NCBI RefSeq assembly: GCF_009914755.1
Contig: NC_060934.1
DNA from: the human T2T-CHM13v2.0 reference genome, Homo sapiens
DNA: 64,000 nt
Direction: 5' to 3' (one strand)
In this document: positions 1 to 13,515 of the stretch, one piece after another
Position numbering within the stretch: position 1 is the first letter of the stretch
Layout of the letters: each line of letters begins with the position of its first letter
Notes under the pieces: model-generated
Databases searched by the model: none
What the model was told of the DNA's origin: nothing
Seen by the model: the letters and a program-made list of their open reading frames with translations, nothing else
Program-made: the position numbers and the translations under genes

Positions 1-499
1 AGCTCCATGCTCGCGAACTTAGACTTCAGACCTCTGTTTCACTGCAGTAATTAAAGAGACCATGGTGGGGATAGGGCGGAAAGTTATGTTCAATAAATAC
101 CTTTTAAATGATTTAAATGTGTCCTTCCTTCTCCAGCGCACACACGTACTCCTGAACTGGACACCTGGCAAGGCCAAGGAAAAAGGAGAAACTCTTTTGT
201 AAGGCGGGAAGGATGCACCCCCTTAGCTACAGACAGGCTTCTAGGTGGCTCGCCTTCTACTAGTAGAACAGGTAGGGTTGTCTGCTAAAGTGTGGGACCT
301 GCTACGTTGAAGCCAATCTTCTCTGAGCAAGACTCAATTTATCTTTTTCTTAATTACAACACATGAATTTTAGGTCACCAAGTAACACCACCAGTCAAAG
401 GGTTTCATTTTATCTTTATTGCCTATTTATTACAATTCAGAAGAAAAATGACCAACTGGAAAAAAAAATATGTAACACGTATTACAGACTGTCAAATTT

Positions 500-716
<217 letters not shown>

Positions 717-739
717 TTTTTTTCTTTATATATATGAAG

Positions 740-1460
740 ACTTGGCAAAGGATATGGACAGACAGGTAATCCAGCTGGATCTTGAGCATATAACAAGATG
801 CTCCACCACACTGGTAATTAGAAAACTATACTTTAAAACTACAAGATACTATTTTCCAGTCTCAGATTGGCCAAGTTCAAAAACGAGGAGAGTGGCTTGT
901 GTCTGGGAGGCTGTGGGGGTCTGTGCTCTCACTCATTACTGACCGTGTGCCCCTAGGGAGATGGCATGGCAGGCAGTTTGCTAAGGCCTTCCAAAGGTAA
1001 CAGTGCACACACTTTTTAACCCAGCAATTCTGCTTATTTGTCCTACAGATTTGTTTGCATATGAAATGGCCTGCCAGTGAGGATGTGCACTGCAACGTGG
1101 TTTCACTAACAAATATGCAACCAATCTACATCTCTATAAATAAATGGGTGAAATAAATAGTGATGCATCCATAGAACCATGAGTAGCCAAGAAAAAAAAA
1201 GTCTTTATATGAACTAATATGCAGAGATCTCTAAGAAATATTATTAAAAGAAATGCAAGGTGCAGAACCATGGGTACATCTACCACTAATGTAAAACACT
1301 AAAAAGCACTGTGTAAGGATATAAAAGAGGCTGTTGATAGTGTTCTTTCCAGGGAAAGAAAATGGGGTGACTGTGGGAAAAAGGTTAGAGGAGACTTAAC
1401 TTTCACTTTCAAATTTTTTGCTGTGTTCAAACTTTGTCTATTCAAAAAAATTAACAAATA
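740..1460 (+). mobile_element. Ancient L1 (L1M/L1ME-like) ORF2 end and 3'UTR remnant
   Basis: Degenerate L1 3' motifs (gcaaaggatatggacagaca, aagatgctccacc, aacccagcaattctgc, aataaatagtgatgcatccatag). Confidence 0.6.
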
Positions 1461-1526
1461 AAAATGCATTTAAAAAATTAGAGGCCAGTATTACCTACAG
1501 TTTCCAGCCTTCTGTGTAAAAGCAGA

Positions 1527-1680
1527 TGTATTCACATTCTCCAGAGAAAGAGAACCACTAAGGTATCTATATTTCTATATCTATATCCATATCTCTATAT
1601 CTGTCTATATAGAGAGATTTATTATAAGGAATTAGAGGCTGAGAAATCCAGACCCCAGGGAGCAAATAGTGGTATGTGAC
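1527..1680 (-). mobile_element. MLT2 (ERVL) LTR fragment containing a TATATC-type microsatellite
   Basis: tgtatt...ttctccagagaaagagaacc...gagatttattataaggaatt resembles the MLT2 terminus. Confidence 0.7.
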
Positions 1681-1809
1681 ATGCCTTCATCAACAGAATA
1701 TGCTGGAAGTAATGTTTTGAGGCTTAAAATTCCAATCTTTAGAGAATCGTTAGCCTCTGCTTCTCCTCTTCTAGAGTCCAGGCAAGGTAAGGTGTTAAAC
1801 TGTACTGAG

Positions 1810-2075
1810 ACAGTCATGCTGTAAGGAAGCCCAAGTTATCCATATGGAAAGAGAGACCACATAAGGGAGCATTGAGGTGCTAGACTTGTGAATGGAGCCT
1901 TCTTGGACCCTCTAACCTAGCTGAACTCCATATATGCAGTCCATGCCATGAGGAGGAGCAGAAGAGCTGCCCAGCCAAGCCCTGCCCAAACTCTCAACCC
2001 ACAGAATTGTGAGAAACAATAAATTGTTGTCTTAAACCACTAAATTTTGGAATGTTTTGTTGCATAGCAATAGGT
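1810..2075 (+). mobile_element. MLT1 (MaLR) LTR 3' part
   Basis: cccagccaagccctgccc...cccacagaattgtgagaaacaataaattgttgtcttaaaccactaaattttgg...catagcaatag is a typical MLT1 3' end. Confidence 0.75.
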
Positions 2076-3142
2076 TTGCCCCAACATACTGGATGTCACT
2101 TACAAAGGTGACGATTCCTTTACAGGGACAGCCAAGTAACCATCCCATGGGAAACAAATATTTGCATTCCTTTATCTTGTTACTGAGGTGACATCTAATT
2201 GTATTCTTCTTTTTACCTTACATGAGACACTAATGGGCGTTTTTCTCCTTGATCTTTTATGGAAGCAAGCACAGTGTCAAACAGCAAGGGGCTTCTAATA
2301 GGGGATTTGCAGATGGCCAGCCTATCTCAGAATAGGACACAAAGATCTTGGGGTATCTTGTTTAGGATTCAGACAGTAGTCCCTGTAAATCCCATATACT
2401 TGCTATGAAAAGGAAAAATTGGCACATCAATTTGAGGTCAAAATGGTGGATATGAGGCAGGACTAACTTGCAGCTCCCACTCAGACAGACAGAGCAGCAT
2501 GTGGAGACTCACATCATGAACTACCTCAGGAACATACCAGGAAAGCCAAGAGAATCCACAGGCCACCTGAAGGAGGTGGATTGCCACTGCAGGCTCCGTG
2601 GGACAGCTGAGGAAACTGCTAGTCTGTTTGCTTTCTCAGCTGGAAGGCTTGTAGCCTGAGGCAAGTTCTCAGCCTTGCTGACTGGCTGCCTGGAAATAAA
2701 CTCAGTGCTGTTGCAGGGAGCATGGTGGGAGTGAGACCAGCCTTTTGGGCTGTGGGCTGCATGGGAGCTGGGTGACGCCTGTGGCTGCCAGCTTTCCCCC
2801 ACTTCCCTGGCAACCTGTGTGATGCAGCAAGGCAGCCATAATTCCCTTGGGAACATAACTCCATTGGCCTGGGAACCACACCTCCATCCCACAAAGTAGC
2901 AGCAGCAGGCCTCGCACAAGGAGAGTCTGAGCTCAGACATGCCTAACCCTGCCCAGACCTGGTGGTCTTTCTCTACCTGCCCTGGTAGCAGAAGACAAAG
3001 GACACAATCTCTTAGGAACTGTATGGCCCTGCCTACCACCTGACCTTAGGGCAAGCTTCTATCCTCCCTATACTACTGCAGCTGATGTGCTCTTAAAAGC
3101 ACCACCTCCTAGCTGGAGGCGAACCAAATAAAATTAGCACAC

Positions 3143-3304
<162 letters not shown>

Positions 3305-3718
3305 TAGGGAAAAATACAATCTTTTTCAGACAAACAAACGCTGAGAGGATTTGCTACTGCAAAGCCATCACTACAAGAACTGCTAAAAGTAGCTCTAAAT
3401 CTTGAAATAAATCTTTGAAATACACTAAAATATAATCTCCTTAAAGCATAAATCTCACAGGACCTATAAAACAATAACACAATGGGAAAAAAAGGTATTT
3501 AGACAACAAAAAGCATGATGAATAGAATAGTACCTCACATCTCAATAATAACATTGAATATAAATGGCCTAAATGCTCCACTTAAAATATACAGAATTGC
3601 AGAATGGATAAGAATTCACCAGTCAAGTATCTGCTGTCTTCAAGAGACTCACCTGACACATAAGGACTCACATAAACTTAAGGTAAAGGGGTGGAAAAAA
3701 GATATTCCATGCAAATAG

Positions 3719-5107
3719 CCCCCAATCCCTTCTAGCTTGTAGAGTCTCTGCTGAGAAGTCCACTGTTAATCTGACAGGTTTTCCTTCATAGATATTGGGG
3801 GAACCCGCCCCCAATATTTTAATGTATGTTCTTTCTATTTTCTGTAAGTGTTGGCCAGCTGAGAAATAAAGAGAAACAGTATAAAGAGAGGAATTTTACA
3901 GCTGGGCCGCCAGGGGTGACATCACATATTGGTAGGACCATGATGCCCACCTAAGTCTCAGACCAACAAGTTTTTATTAAGGGTTTCAAAAGGGAAGGGG
4001 GTGTAAGAACAGGGAGTAGGTACAAAGATCACATGCTTCTGAGGGTAAAAAGTGGAACCACTAATAAAGGTCTAACAAAGATCACATGCTTCTGAGGGAA
4101 CAGGACAAAGGGCAAAAGCAGAACCACTGATAAGGGTCTATGTTCAGCGGTGCAAGTATTGTCTTGATAAACATCTTAAACAACAGAAAACAGGGTTCAA
4201 GAGCAGAGAACCCGTCTGACCACAAATTTACCAGGGTGGAGTTTTTCCCCACCCTAGTAAGCCTGAGGGTTCTGCAGGAGACCAGGGCATATCTCAGTCC
4301 TTGTCTCAACAGCACAAGACAGACATTCCCAGAGTGGCCATTTATAGACCGCCCCCCCAACCCCCCAGGAAAGCATTCCTTTCCCTGGGTATTAATATTC
4401 CTTGCTAGGAAAAGAATTTAGCGACATCTCTCCTACTTGCACGTCCATTTTATAGGCTCTCTGCAAGAAGAGAAATATGGTTCTTTTTGCCTGACCCCAC
4501 AGGCAGTCAGACCTTATGGTTGTCTTCCCTTGTTCCACAAAAATCACTGTTATTCTGTTCTTTTTGAAGGTGCACTGATTTCATATTGTTCAAACACACA
4601 TGTTTTACAATCAGTTTGTACAGTTAACACAATTATCACAGTGGTCCTGAGGTGACTTACATCCTCAGCTTATGAAGATAACAGGATTAAGAGATTAAAG
4701 TAAAGACACACATAAGAAATTATAAAAGTATTATTTGGGAGCTGACAAATGTCCATATTAAAATGAAATCTTCACAATTTATGTTCCTCTACCATGGCTC
4801 CAGCCGGTCCCTCCGTTCGGGGTCCCTGACTTCCTGCAACAATAGGTTACCTGATGCTTTTGCTGCATAACTCTTAAGATTCTTTCCTTCATCTTGACTA
4901 GATAATCTGATGAATATGTGCCAAGGTAATGATCTTTTTGTGACAAATTTCCCAGGTGCTCTTTGAGCTTCTTGTGTTTGGATGTCTAGGTCTCTAGCAA
5001 GGCCAGGGAAGTTTTCCTTGATTATTCCCTCAAATATGTTTTTTAAACTTTTATAGTTCTTTTCTTCCTCAGGAACACCAATTAGTCTTATATTTTGTCA
5101 CTTAACA
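3719..5107 (-). mobile_element. Inverted L1 ORF1 central block (3719-3792 plus 4842-5107) lodged in ORF2
   Basis: The reverse complement encodes degenerate ORF1 from the IGVPEE region to KPVRLTVDFSAETLQARRDWG; the block is split by MER11. Confidence 0.85.
3793..4841 (-). mobile_element. MER11 solo LTR (HERV-K11/HML-8)
   Basis: The reverse complement starts tgttgcaggaagtcagggaccccgaacggagggaccggctggagccatgg and ends ...cccccaata; about 1.05 kb; flanks ATAGA/ATAGG. Confidence 0.93.
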
Positions 5108-8100
5108 AAGCAAGCAGGAGTAGCTATTCTTATATCAGACAAAACAAACTTTAAAGCAGCAGCAGTTAAGAAAGACAAAAAGAGACATTATATAATGATA
5201 AACAGACTAGTCCAAAAGGAAAATATCACAATACTAAATATATATGCACCCAACACTGGAGCTCCCAAATTTATAACACAATTTCTACTAGACCTAAGAA
5301 ATGAGATAGACAGCAACACAATAATAGTGGGGGACTTCAATACTCCACAGACGGCACTAGACAGGTCATCAAAACATAAAGTCAACAAAGAAGCAATAGA
5401 CTTAAACTATACCCTGGAACAAATGGACTTAGCAGACATTTACAGAAGATTCTACCCAGCAACTGCAGAATATAGATTCTCTGCATCAGCATGTGGAATA
5501 TTCTTCAAGATAGACCATATGATAGCCACAAAACAAGTCTCAGCAAATTTAAGAAAATAGAGATTATATCAAGTACTCTCTCAGACCACAGTGGAATAAA
5601 ATTGGAAATCAACTACAAAAGGAACCCTCAAAACCACGCAAATACATGAAAATTTACCTGCTTTTGAATGACCGTTGAGTCAGCAATGAAATCAAGATGG
5701 AAATTAACAAATTCATTGAACTGAACAATAATAGTGACACAATCTATCAAACCCTCTGGGATACAGCAAACACAGTGCTAAGAGGAAAGTTCAGAGTGTT
5801 AAATGCCTACATCAAAAAGTCCGAAAGGGCACAAATAGACAATCTAAGGTCACCCCTCAAGGAACTAGAGAAATAAGAACAAACCAAACCCCAACCCAGC
5901 AGAAGAAAAGAAATAACCAAGATCAGAGCAGTACTAAATGAAATTAAAACAATGACAAAAAATACACAAGATAAATGGAACAAAAAGCTGGTTCAAAAGT
6001 AAATAAAATTGATAGACCATTAGTGAGATTAACCAACAAAAGAAGAGAGAAGATCCAAATAAGCTCAATCAGAAATGAAACAGCAGATATTACCACTGAT
6101 ACCACAGAAATACAAAAGATCATTCAAGACTACTATGAACACATTTACACACATAAACTAGAAAACCTAGATGAGATGAATACATTCCTGGAAATATACA
6201 ACCCTCCTTGATTAAACCAGGAAGAAATAGAAACTCTGAACAGACCAATAACAAGGAGTGAGATTGAAATTGTATCTAAATAGTTACCAACAAAAAAAAG
6301 TCCAGGACCAGACGAATTCACAGCTGAATTTAGACATTCCAAGAAGAATTGGTACCAATCCTACTGACACTATTCCAAAAGACTATTCCAAAAGACTATT
6401 CCAAAAGATTATTGACAAACTGACACTAATCCAAAAGAGGATTCCAAAAGAGGGAATCCTCCCTAAATCATTCTATGAAGCCAGTATCACCCTAGTACCA
6501 AAACCAGGAAAGGAAATAACAAAAAAAGAAATCTACAGATCAATATCCCTGATGAATATAGATGTGAAAATCCTCAACAAAATACTAGCTATCTGAATCC
6601 AACAGCATATCAAAAAGATAATTCACCGTGATCAAGTGGGTTTCAAGTGCATACCAGGGATGCAGAGATGGTTTAATATATTCAAGTCAATAAATGTGAT
6701 ACAACACATAAAGAGAATTAAAAATAAACATCACATGATCATCTCAATACACACAGAAAAAGCATTTGACAAAATCCAGCACCACTTTATGATTAAAACC
6801 CTCAGCAAAATCCACATACAAGAGACATACATCACTGTAATAAAAGCCATCTATGACAAACCCACAGCAAACATAATACTGAATGGGAAAAAGTTGGAAG
6901 CATTCCCTCTGAGAACTGAAATAAAACAAGGATGCCCACTCTTACCAATCTATTCAACATAGTACTGGAAGTACTACCCAGAACATTCAGACAAGAGAAA
7001 GGAATAAAGGGCATCCAAATTGGTAAAGAGGACGTCAAACTGTCACTATATGCTGATGACATGATTACATACCTAGAAAACCGTAAGGGCTCATCCAAAA
7101 AGCTCCTAGAACTGGTAAATGAATTCAGCAAAGTTTCAGGATACAAAATTAATGTAAACAAATCAATAGCTCTGCTATATGCCAACAGCGAACAAGCTGA
7201 ACATCAAATCAAGAACTCAATCCCTTTTACAATAGCTGCAAAAAAATAAAAATAAGAAACCTAGGGCTATACCTAACCAAGGAGGTGAAAGACCTCTACA
7301 AGGAAAACTACAAAACACTGCTGAAATAAATCATAGATGACACACAAATGGAAACACATCTGATGCTCGTGAATGGGTAGGATCAATATTGTGAAAATAA
7401 CCATATTGTCAAAAGCAATCTATAGATACTATTCAATTCCCACCAAAATACCATCATCGTTCTTCACAGAACTAGAAAAAAAATTCTATAATTCAAATGA
7501 AACCAATAAAGACCCCACAGAGCCAAAGCAAGACTAAACAAACAAACAAAAAAATCTGGAGGCATCACATTACCTGACTTCAAACTATACTACAAAACTA
7601 TAGTTACCAAAACAGTACGGTACTGGCTTAAAAATAGGCACATAGACCAATGGAACAGAATAGAGAACCCAGAAATACAGCCAAATACTTACATCAACTG
7701 ATCTTTGACAAAGCAAGCAAAAACATAAAGTGGGGAAAGGACATCCTATTCAACAAATGGTGCTGGGATAATTGGCAAGCCACATGAAGCCGAATGAAAC
7801 TGGATCCTCATCTCTCACCTTATACAAAAATCAACTCAAGATGGATCAAAGGCTTAAATGCAAGACGTGAAACCATAAAAATTCTAGAAGATAACATTGG
7901 AAAAACCCTTCTAGACATTGGCTTAGGCATAGACTTCATGACCAAAAACCCAAAAGCAAATGCAACAAAAACAAAGATAAATAATGGGACTGAATTAAAC
8001 TAAAAAGCTTCTTCACAGCAGAAGAAATAACCTGCAGAATAAACAGACAACCCACAGAGTGGGAGAAAATCTTCACACTCTATACTTCTGACAAAGGACT

Positions 8101-9464
8101 GATAAACAAAATCTACGAGGAACTCAAACAAATCAGCAGGAAACACAAAAAAAAACAGAGAAAAAAAAACCCCCAAAATTGGGCAAATGACATGAATAGA
8201 CAATTCTCAAAAGAAGATATACAAATGGCCAAAAAACATATGAAAAATGCTCAATATCACTAATTATAAGGGAAATGCAAATTAAAACCACAATGTGATA
8301 CCACCTTACTCCTGCAAGAATGACCATAATCAAAAAATCAAAAAATAGATGTTGGCGTGGATATGGTGAAAAGGGACCACTTTTACACTGTTGGTAGGAA
8401 TGTAAACTAGTACAATCACTATGGGAAACACCGTGGAGATTCCTTTAAAGAGCTAAAAGTAGACATAACATTTGATCCAGCAATCCCACTCCTAGGTATC
8501 CATCCAGAGGAAAATAAGTCATTATATGAAAAAGATACTTGCACACCCATGTTTATAGCAGTACAATTTGCAATTACAAAATATGGAACCAGCTCAAATG
8601 TCCATCAATCAATGAATGGATAAAGAAAATGTTGTATATATGTATATGTACCATGGAATACTACTCAGCCATAAAAAAGAACAAAATAATGGTATTTGCA
8701 ACAACCTGGATGGAGTTAGAGACCATTATTATAAGTGAAGTTAACTCAGGAATGGAAAACTAAACATCATATGTTCTCACTCATAAGTGGGAGCTAAGCT
8801 ATGAGGACACAAAGGCATAAAAATGATACGATGGACCTTGGGGACACAAGGGAAAGGGTGAGGGTGGATGAGGGATAAAAGTCTACATACTGGGTACAGT
8901 GTACACTACTTGGGTGATGAGTGCACCAAAATCTTAGAAATCACCACTAATGAACTTATTCATGTACAATAAATAAATCAATATTAACACAGGGAAAATT
9001 GGTACATGGAATGTCAAGAGGCCTCAGGCAAGGCCGCCCTGGGGCAGAACCCCCTCCTCCCCCACTAAGAAACAGAGCCCTCCCCAACCCTATCCAGCAG
9101 CTGGCCCTGAAGGAACAGAGTACACCTGAGAGGCCCAGGCAGGAGGCTGGAGCTTAGGGTGTAGAAGAGGAGCCAAGAGATTGTAAAGACAGAGTAGCTG
9201 CAGGGGAGGTGTAGACTCCACCACCTGAGGGGTGCCTGCAGGGGCTTGAGAACCAAGACCAAGGCTCTGCACCATGGGGAGGCCTCCTGCATCTCCCACC
9301 ATGTGGACTCTGCACAGGTTGGACATTATATCCCTTGAAACTGAAGAGCTGCCTTAATATTTTTTGGGATTCTATGTTTGTGCTGACAACACCACCCCTT
9401 CCTTCCACAACACTGGGCATGGTGCCCAGCTTGGACCATGGGTTGGCAATCAATGAGTGGATGA

Positions 9465-9664
9465 TCAGCCCTAAGGCCAAGTTCTCCTACAGCCTGTGTT
9501 TGTGAATGTTATTCATGTTATTGATCAAGGCCATGCCCATTGATGAACCTGTTGTTCATGGCTTCACTTCCTAATGGCAGAGTTGAGTTGTGACAGAGAC
9601 CGTGTGGGCACAAAGCTTGAAATATTTACCCTCTGGCTCTTTACAGAAAGGGTTGTCAATTCTG
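9465..9664 (+). mobile_element. MER58A-like hAT-Charlie non-autonomous DNA transposon
   Basis: ggcagagttgagttgtgacagagaccgtgtggg...aaatatttaccctctggctctttacagaaa matches the remembered MER58A consensus. Confidence 0.8.
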
Positions 9665-9734
9665 AGGAAATCAATAGGAAGTAAACTATTCCAGTTCCTA
9701 AAAATGTGAGTGTTTTGTGTGGTGAGAGAGACCA

Positions 9735-10760
9735 CACATTTCAAAGAAAAATGATAGAGATAGACTGGAGAAAATACTTACAACATATGCATTTAAAAAA
9801 TTTAATAACTCTTGGCTGGGTGCAGTGGCTCATGCCTGTAATACCAGCACTTTGGGAGGCCAAGGCAGGTGAATAACTTGAGGTCAGGAGTTCAAGACCA
9901 GCCTGGCCAACATGGTGAAACCATGTGTCCACTAAAAATACTAAAATTAACAGGGCATGGTGGTGCATGCTTGTAATCCCATCTACTTAGGAGGCTGAGG
10001 GTGGAGGATTGCTTGAACCTGGGAGGTGGAGGTTGTGGTGAACTGAGATTGCACCACTACACTCCAGCCTGGGTGACAGAGCGAGACTCTGTCTCAAAAA
10101 AAAATTTAATAACTCTAATATTCTAAGGCTTCCACAAATTAATAAGAACAAGGCAAACACCATAGAATAGAAAAATAGAAAAATGGGCAAAGGAGTTGAA
10201 CAGAAAAAGCGCACAAAAATACAAATGACTTATAAATTTATGATAGAGACAAATGTCATAAGTTATTATGAAAACAGAAATGTCACAGTGTTTTTCACTC
10301 ACACTGATTGTATTGAGTCTTGATAAGGATGGAGGGCACATTGTGCCTTTGGGAGAAGCATCAATGAGCACACTTGTTTTGGAGGGGGTAATCTATCTAA
10401 AGTAAATGTTAAATTTTTTAAAAATGCATATCTTTTGCCAGATAATGTCATTTCTAGATGTCTAATCTATATAAATAGTCATACAAGTTCAAAAATAAAT
10501 ACGGAAGGATTTTCATCCTATCATTACATGAGATAACATTTTTTAAAAAAACCTGAATACTAATTAATGGAAAATGGTTACATAAATTGTAATGTATACA
10601 TTTTCTAAAATATGCAGTTACTAAAAGGAATGAAAAGCGTTAATATTTTCTAAATGGAATAACTACTAAGATATATTGTTGAGCAAAAAAGCAAGTTGAA
10701 TAACATTATGAATTACATGATTGCATTCTAAAATGTAAAATCTGTGTATGTACGTGTGTG
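9735..10760 (+). mobile_element. Ancient L1M(E) 3' remnant, host of the AluS
   Basis: gactggagaaaatactta, aatagaaaaatgggcaaagg and degenerate 3'UTR motifs. Confidence 0.6.
9814..10104 (+). mobile_element. AluS, full length
   Basis: Complete dimer; TSD aaaaaatttaataactct on both sides. Confidence 0.96.
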
Positions 10761-10840
10761 TGTGTGCAGGTGTGTGTTCTAGGGAAAGGGGCCATGGCCA
10801 CCTAACTCCTCCACTGGTGTGTAGTGGACAAGGTTGCTGC

Positions 10841-11301
10841 TGTATAAGGTAAGATATTGGTTTGGCTGCTTTAGCAAAGATCAAAATAACAGTAACTTAA
10901 AAAATAAAGAAGTTTGGTTCTCCCTCTTGTTAAAGTCTGGATTGGCAGAAGAGCCAGAGGTCAAAGTTTCCGGAGCCCTACCTGTCTCATCACTGTGCCA
11001 TTCTGTCAGTGCATCTCTAGTCCACACGGTTGCAGCTGGAGGACCATGACCTGGAAAGTAGGAAGTGGGAATGTAGAGGAAAAGATAGACAGGCCCTGTG
11101 GAAGGCATGACCCAGAGTTGCACACGTGATTCACGTCACCTTCTTCTAGCCTAAGCATAGTCATGTGGCCACACCACGTAGGCCAAGAAAAAAGCAGTCC
11201 TTGGCTAGGCAGCCCCATGCCCAGCTAAAATGTAGAGGGCTCTGTTATTAAAAAGAAAACAGGAGAAGTCAATATTGGGGGATAATGAGTAGTCTCTCCC
11301 A
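10841..11301 (-). mobile_element. MLT1J-like MaLR LTR
   Basis: tagtcatgtggccacacc...cccagctaaaa...ggagaagtcaatattgggg...tagtctctccca. Confidence 0.75.
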
Positions 11302-11555
11302 AGGATGTCCTGCTGTCTTCCTTGCCAACAGAAAATCATAAAATCGACAAAGGAGAAACAGCAGACCATTTATGAAAGAATGCGGTTTGTCTTCAGCAGA
11401 CTTATCCAAAACAGTAACAGGCAGCAGAAGATGGAAAATTATATTTGCAAAGTAGTGAGAGGAGCCAGTGTGAGCATAGCATTCTATATTATGTAAATGA
11501 TCATTTAAGAAGAAAGGAAAGAGAAAAACATTTCAGAGCAAGACAGTGAGAATTG

Positions 11556-11700
11556 TCTGGGCACGGTGGCTCATGCCTGCAATCCCAGCATTTGGAGAAG
11601 GCAAAGCAGGAGGATTGCTTGAGCCCAGGAGTTCGAGACCAGGCTGGGCAACATGGTAAAATCCTGTCTCTATTAAAAACAAAACAAAACAGAAAGAAAA
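11556..11700 (+). mobile_element. FLAM_C / Alu monomer
   Basis: Single Alu monomer with A-rich tail; TSD aaga(c/t)agtgagaat. Confidence 0.88.
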
Positions 11701-12237
11701 AAGATAGTGAGAATGTACCATTAATACATTAATACATTAGTACATTAAGACATGTGCTGAAAGAACTACTAACAGATATACTATATTTCAGGAAGAAGGA
11801 AATTGAACCCAGAAAGAACTAAGGTGCAACAAGTAATGGTATAGAAGAACACTGGAAATATATGGTATTTCTAGAAAGCTTTAGCTGAATCCATTAGTAA
11901 TAATAACAGTAATAGTTCTGAATGTATAAAAGTAAATTGGAAAGCTCCAGCTAGAACAAGATGGCTTAGACTAGTTTTCCTTGCACCTTCCTTCTACACA
12001 CAGCTAGAATAATGCAAGAGGCAAACAAAAAAACTCTCGTAGGTTTTAACAGGAAGGTGAACTGGTTTGGGCCTCAGGGATGGATGAAGTTCAGCTGCAG
12101 GGAATCTTATTTCCCCTTACCAGATGGAGGACAGTGACCCAGGTCCAGTGTTTCCATCCCGAACACAGTGACAGAAGGCAGCCAAGGAAGCCTTATTTCT
12201 GTCCTGGAACTACAGGAGTCCCTCCTACAGCACCAGG

Positions 12238-12742
12238 TGTATTTGCCTTCTGTTGTTGCTATAACAAAATTACCACAAACTTAGTAAGTTAAGTAACTAC
12301 ACATTTATTATCTTAGAGTTGTGGAGGTCAGAGGTCTCAAACTGGTCTCACTGGGCAAAACTCAAGGTCTCCAGGGCTGTATTCCCTTTGGAACTCTAGC
12401 AGGGAATCCATGTCTTTGTCATTTCCAGCTTTAGAGGCTGCTCACACTCCTTGGCTAGTGGCCCCTTCCTCCATCTCCAAGCCAGCCACATCGGGTTGAG
12501 TCCTGCTCATTCTTCCATCTCTTACTTTCTCTCTACTGCCTTCACCTTTCACTTATAAGAACCCTTGTGAAGATGTTGGATGTTTGTGATTACACTACAG
12601 AATCCAAGATGACCTCCCCATCTTAGAGTCAACTAATTAACACCTTAATTCTATTTGCAACCTTTGCCATTAGCATAACATATTCATGGGTCTAGGATTA
12701 GAGGTAGACATTTTTGTGGGAGGCATTAATCTGCCTACCACA
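12238..12742 (-). mobile_element. MLT1D-like MaLR LTR
   Basis: tgtatt...gctataacaaaattaccacaaacttag...ggaggtcagag...aatctgcctaccaca termini. Confidence 0.85.
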
Positions 12743-13515
12743 GACTGCCTTCTGGCACCCAAAGATACACATCTATTCCATATGCAAAGTACATTCCACC
12801 CCAAGATTCCCAGGCTTATCAACCCATTAAAGTAACAACTCAAAGTCCAAAATCTCATCTAACTTTTAGATTAGCTCAAAAGTGCCAAATTGCATCATCC
12901 AAGGCTCTGGAAGTTATCCATCCTCAGGCACAATTCTTCTTCATCTGTGAACCTGGGAAATTCAAGAAACAAGTTATCTACTCCCAAAATACAAAGGTGA
13001 GATCGGCATGGGATAACAGTGAACCTGGGAAATTCGAGAAACAAGTTATCTACTCCCAAAATACAAAGGTGAGACAGGCGTAGGATAACAGTGATAGATA
13101 TTTCCATTCAAAAAGAGAAGAGGAAGAAAAAGGAGTTGCCAGTCCCAATCAATTTCAAAATCAAGCCAGGCACATTCCATTTTGTTTCAAGGCTTGAGAA
13201 TAATTATCTGTGACTCAAGGCTCAGACCCCCCCTCTGAGCTAGTGGCTCCGGCCTTGGAGTCTTCCTTCCTTTTTCTTGAAGTGTATCACATGTTTACAG
13301 CTGAGTAGCTTTATCATCACATTTCTTGCCTGTAGAATTTTGGTGGAGGGGGCTGTCTAACAGCCCTTTTTCATTTTGTATTCCGTCTGTCTTTTCTTTC
13401 CAAGCTGGCAGTGTTTCTGTTGGTATAACATCCTCATGAGTCTGTGAGTCTCCCATGTTTGTCACAGAGCTTTACACCATTGGACAAGAGACTCCTCTAA
13501 GGATCTTTCGTAGAG
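12743..13515 (-). mobile_element. MLT1 internal sequence attached to the LTR (truncated provirus)
   Basis: Directly abuts the LTR; MaLR-int motifs (ctcaaagtccaaaatctcatct, caagttatctactcccaaaataca, ttccattcaaaaag). Confidence 0.7.
12947..13094. repeat. 72-bp tandem duplication (2 copies)
   Basis: gtgaacctgggaaattc...ggataaca at 12947-13018 and 13019-13090. Confidence 0.95.

Larger units (their letters stand above)
3515..8797 (+). pseudogene. Disrupted L1PB ORF2 (endonuclease/reverse transcriptase), interrupted at 3719-5107
   Basis: ORF fragments [44 protein letters not shown]; multiple stops and frameshifts. Confidence 0.9.

Noticed and set aside
4015-4145. Direct repeats acaaagatcacatgcttctgaggg
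   Set aside because: An internal feature of MER11 LTRs, not a CRISPR-like or novel array.
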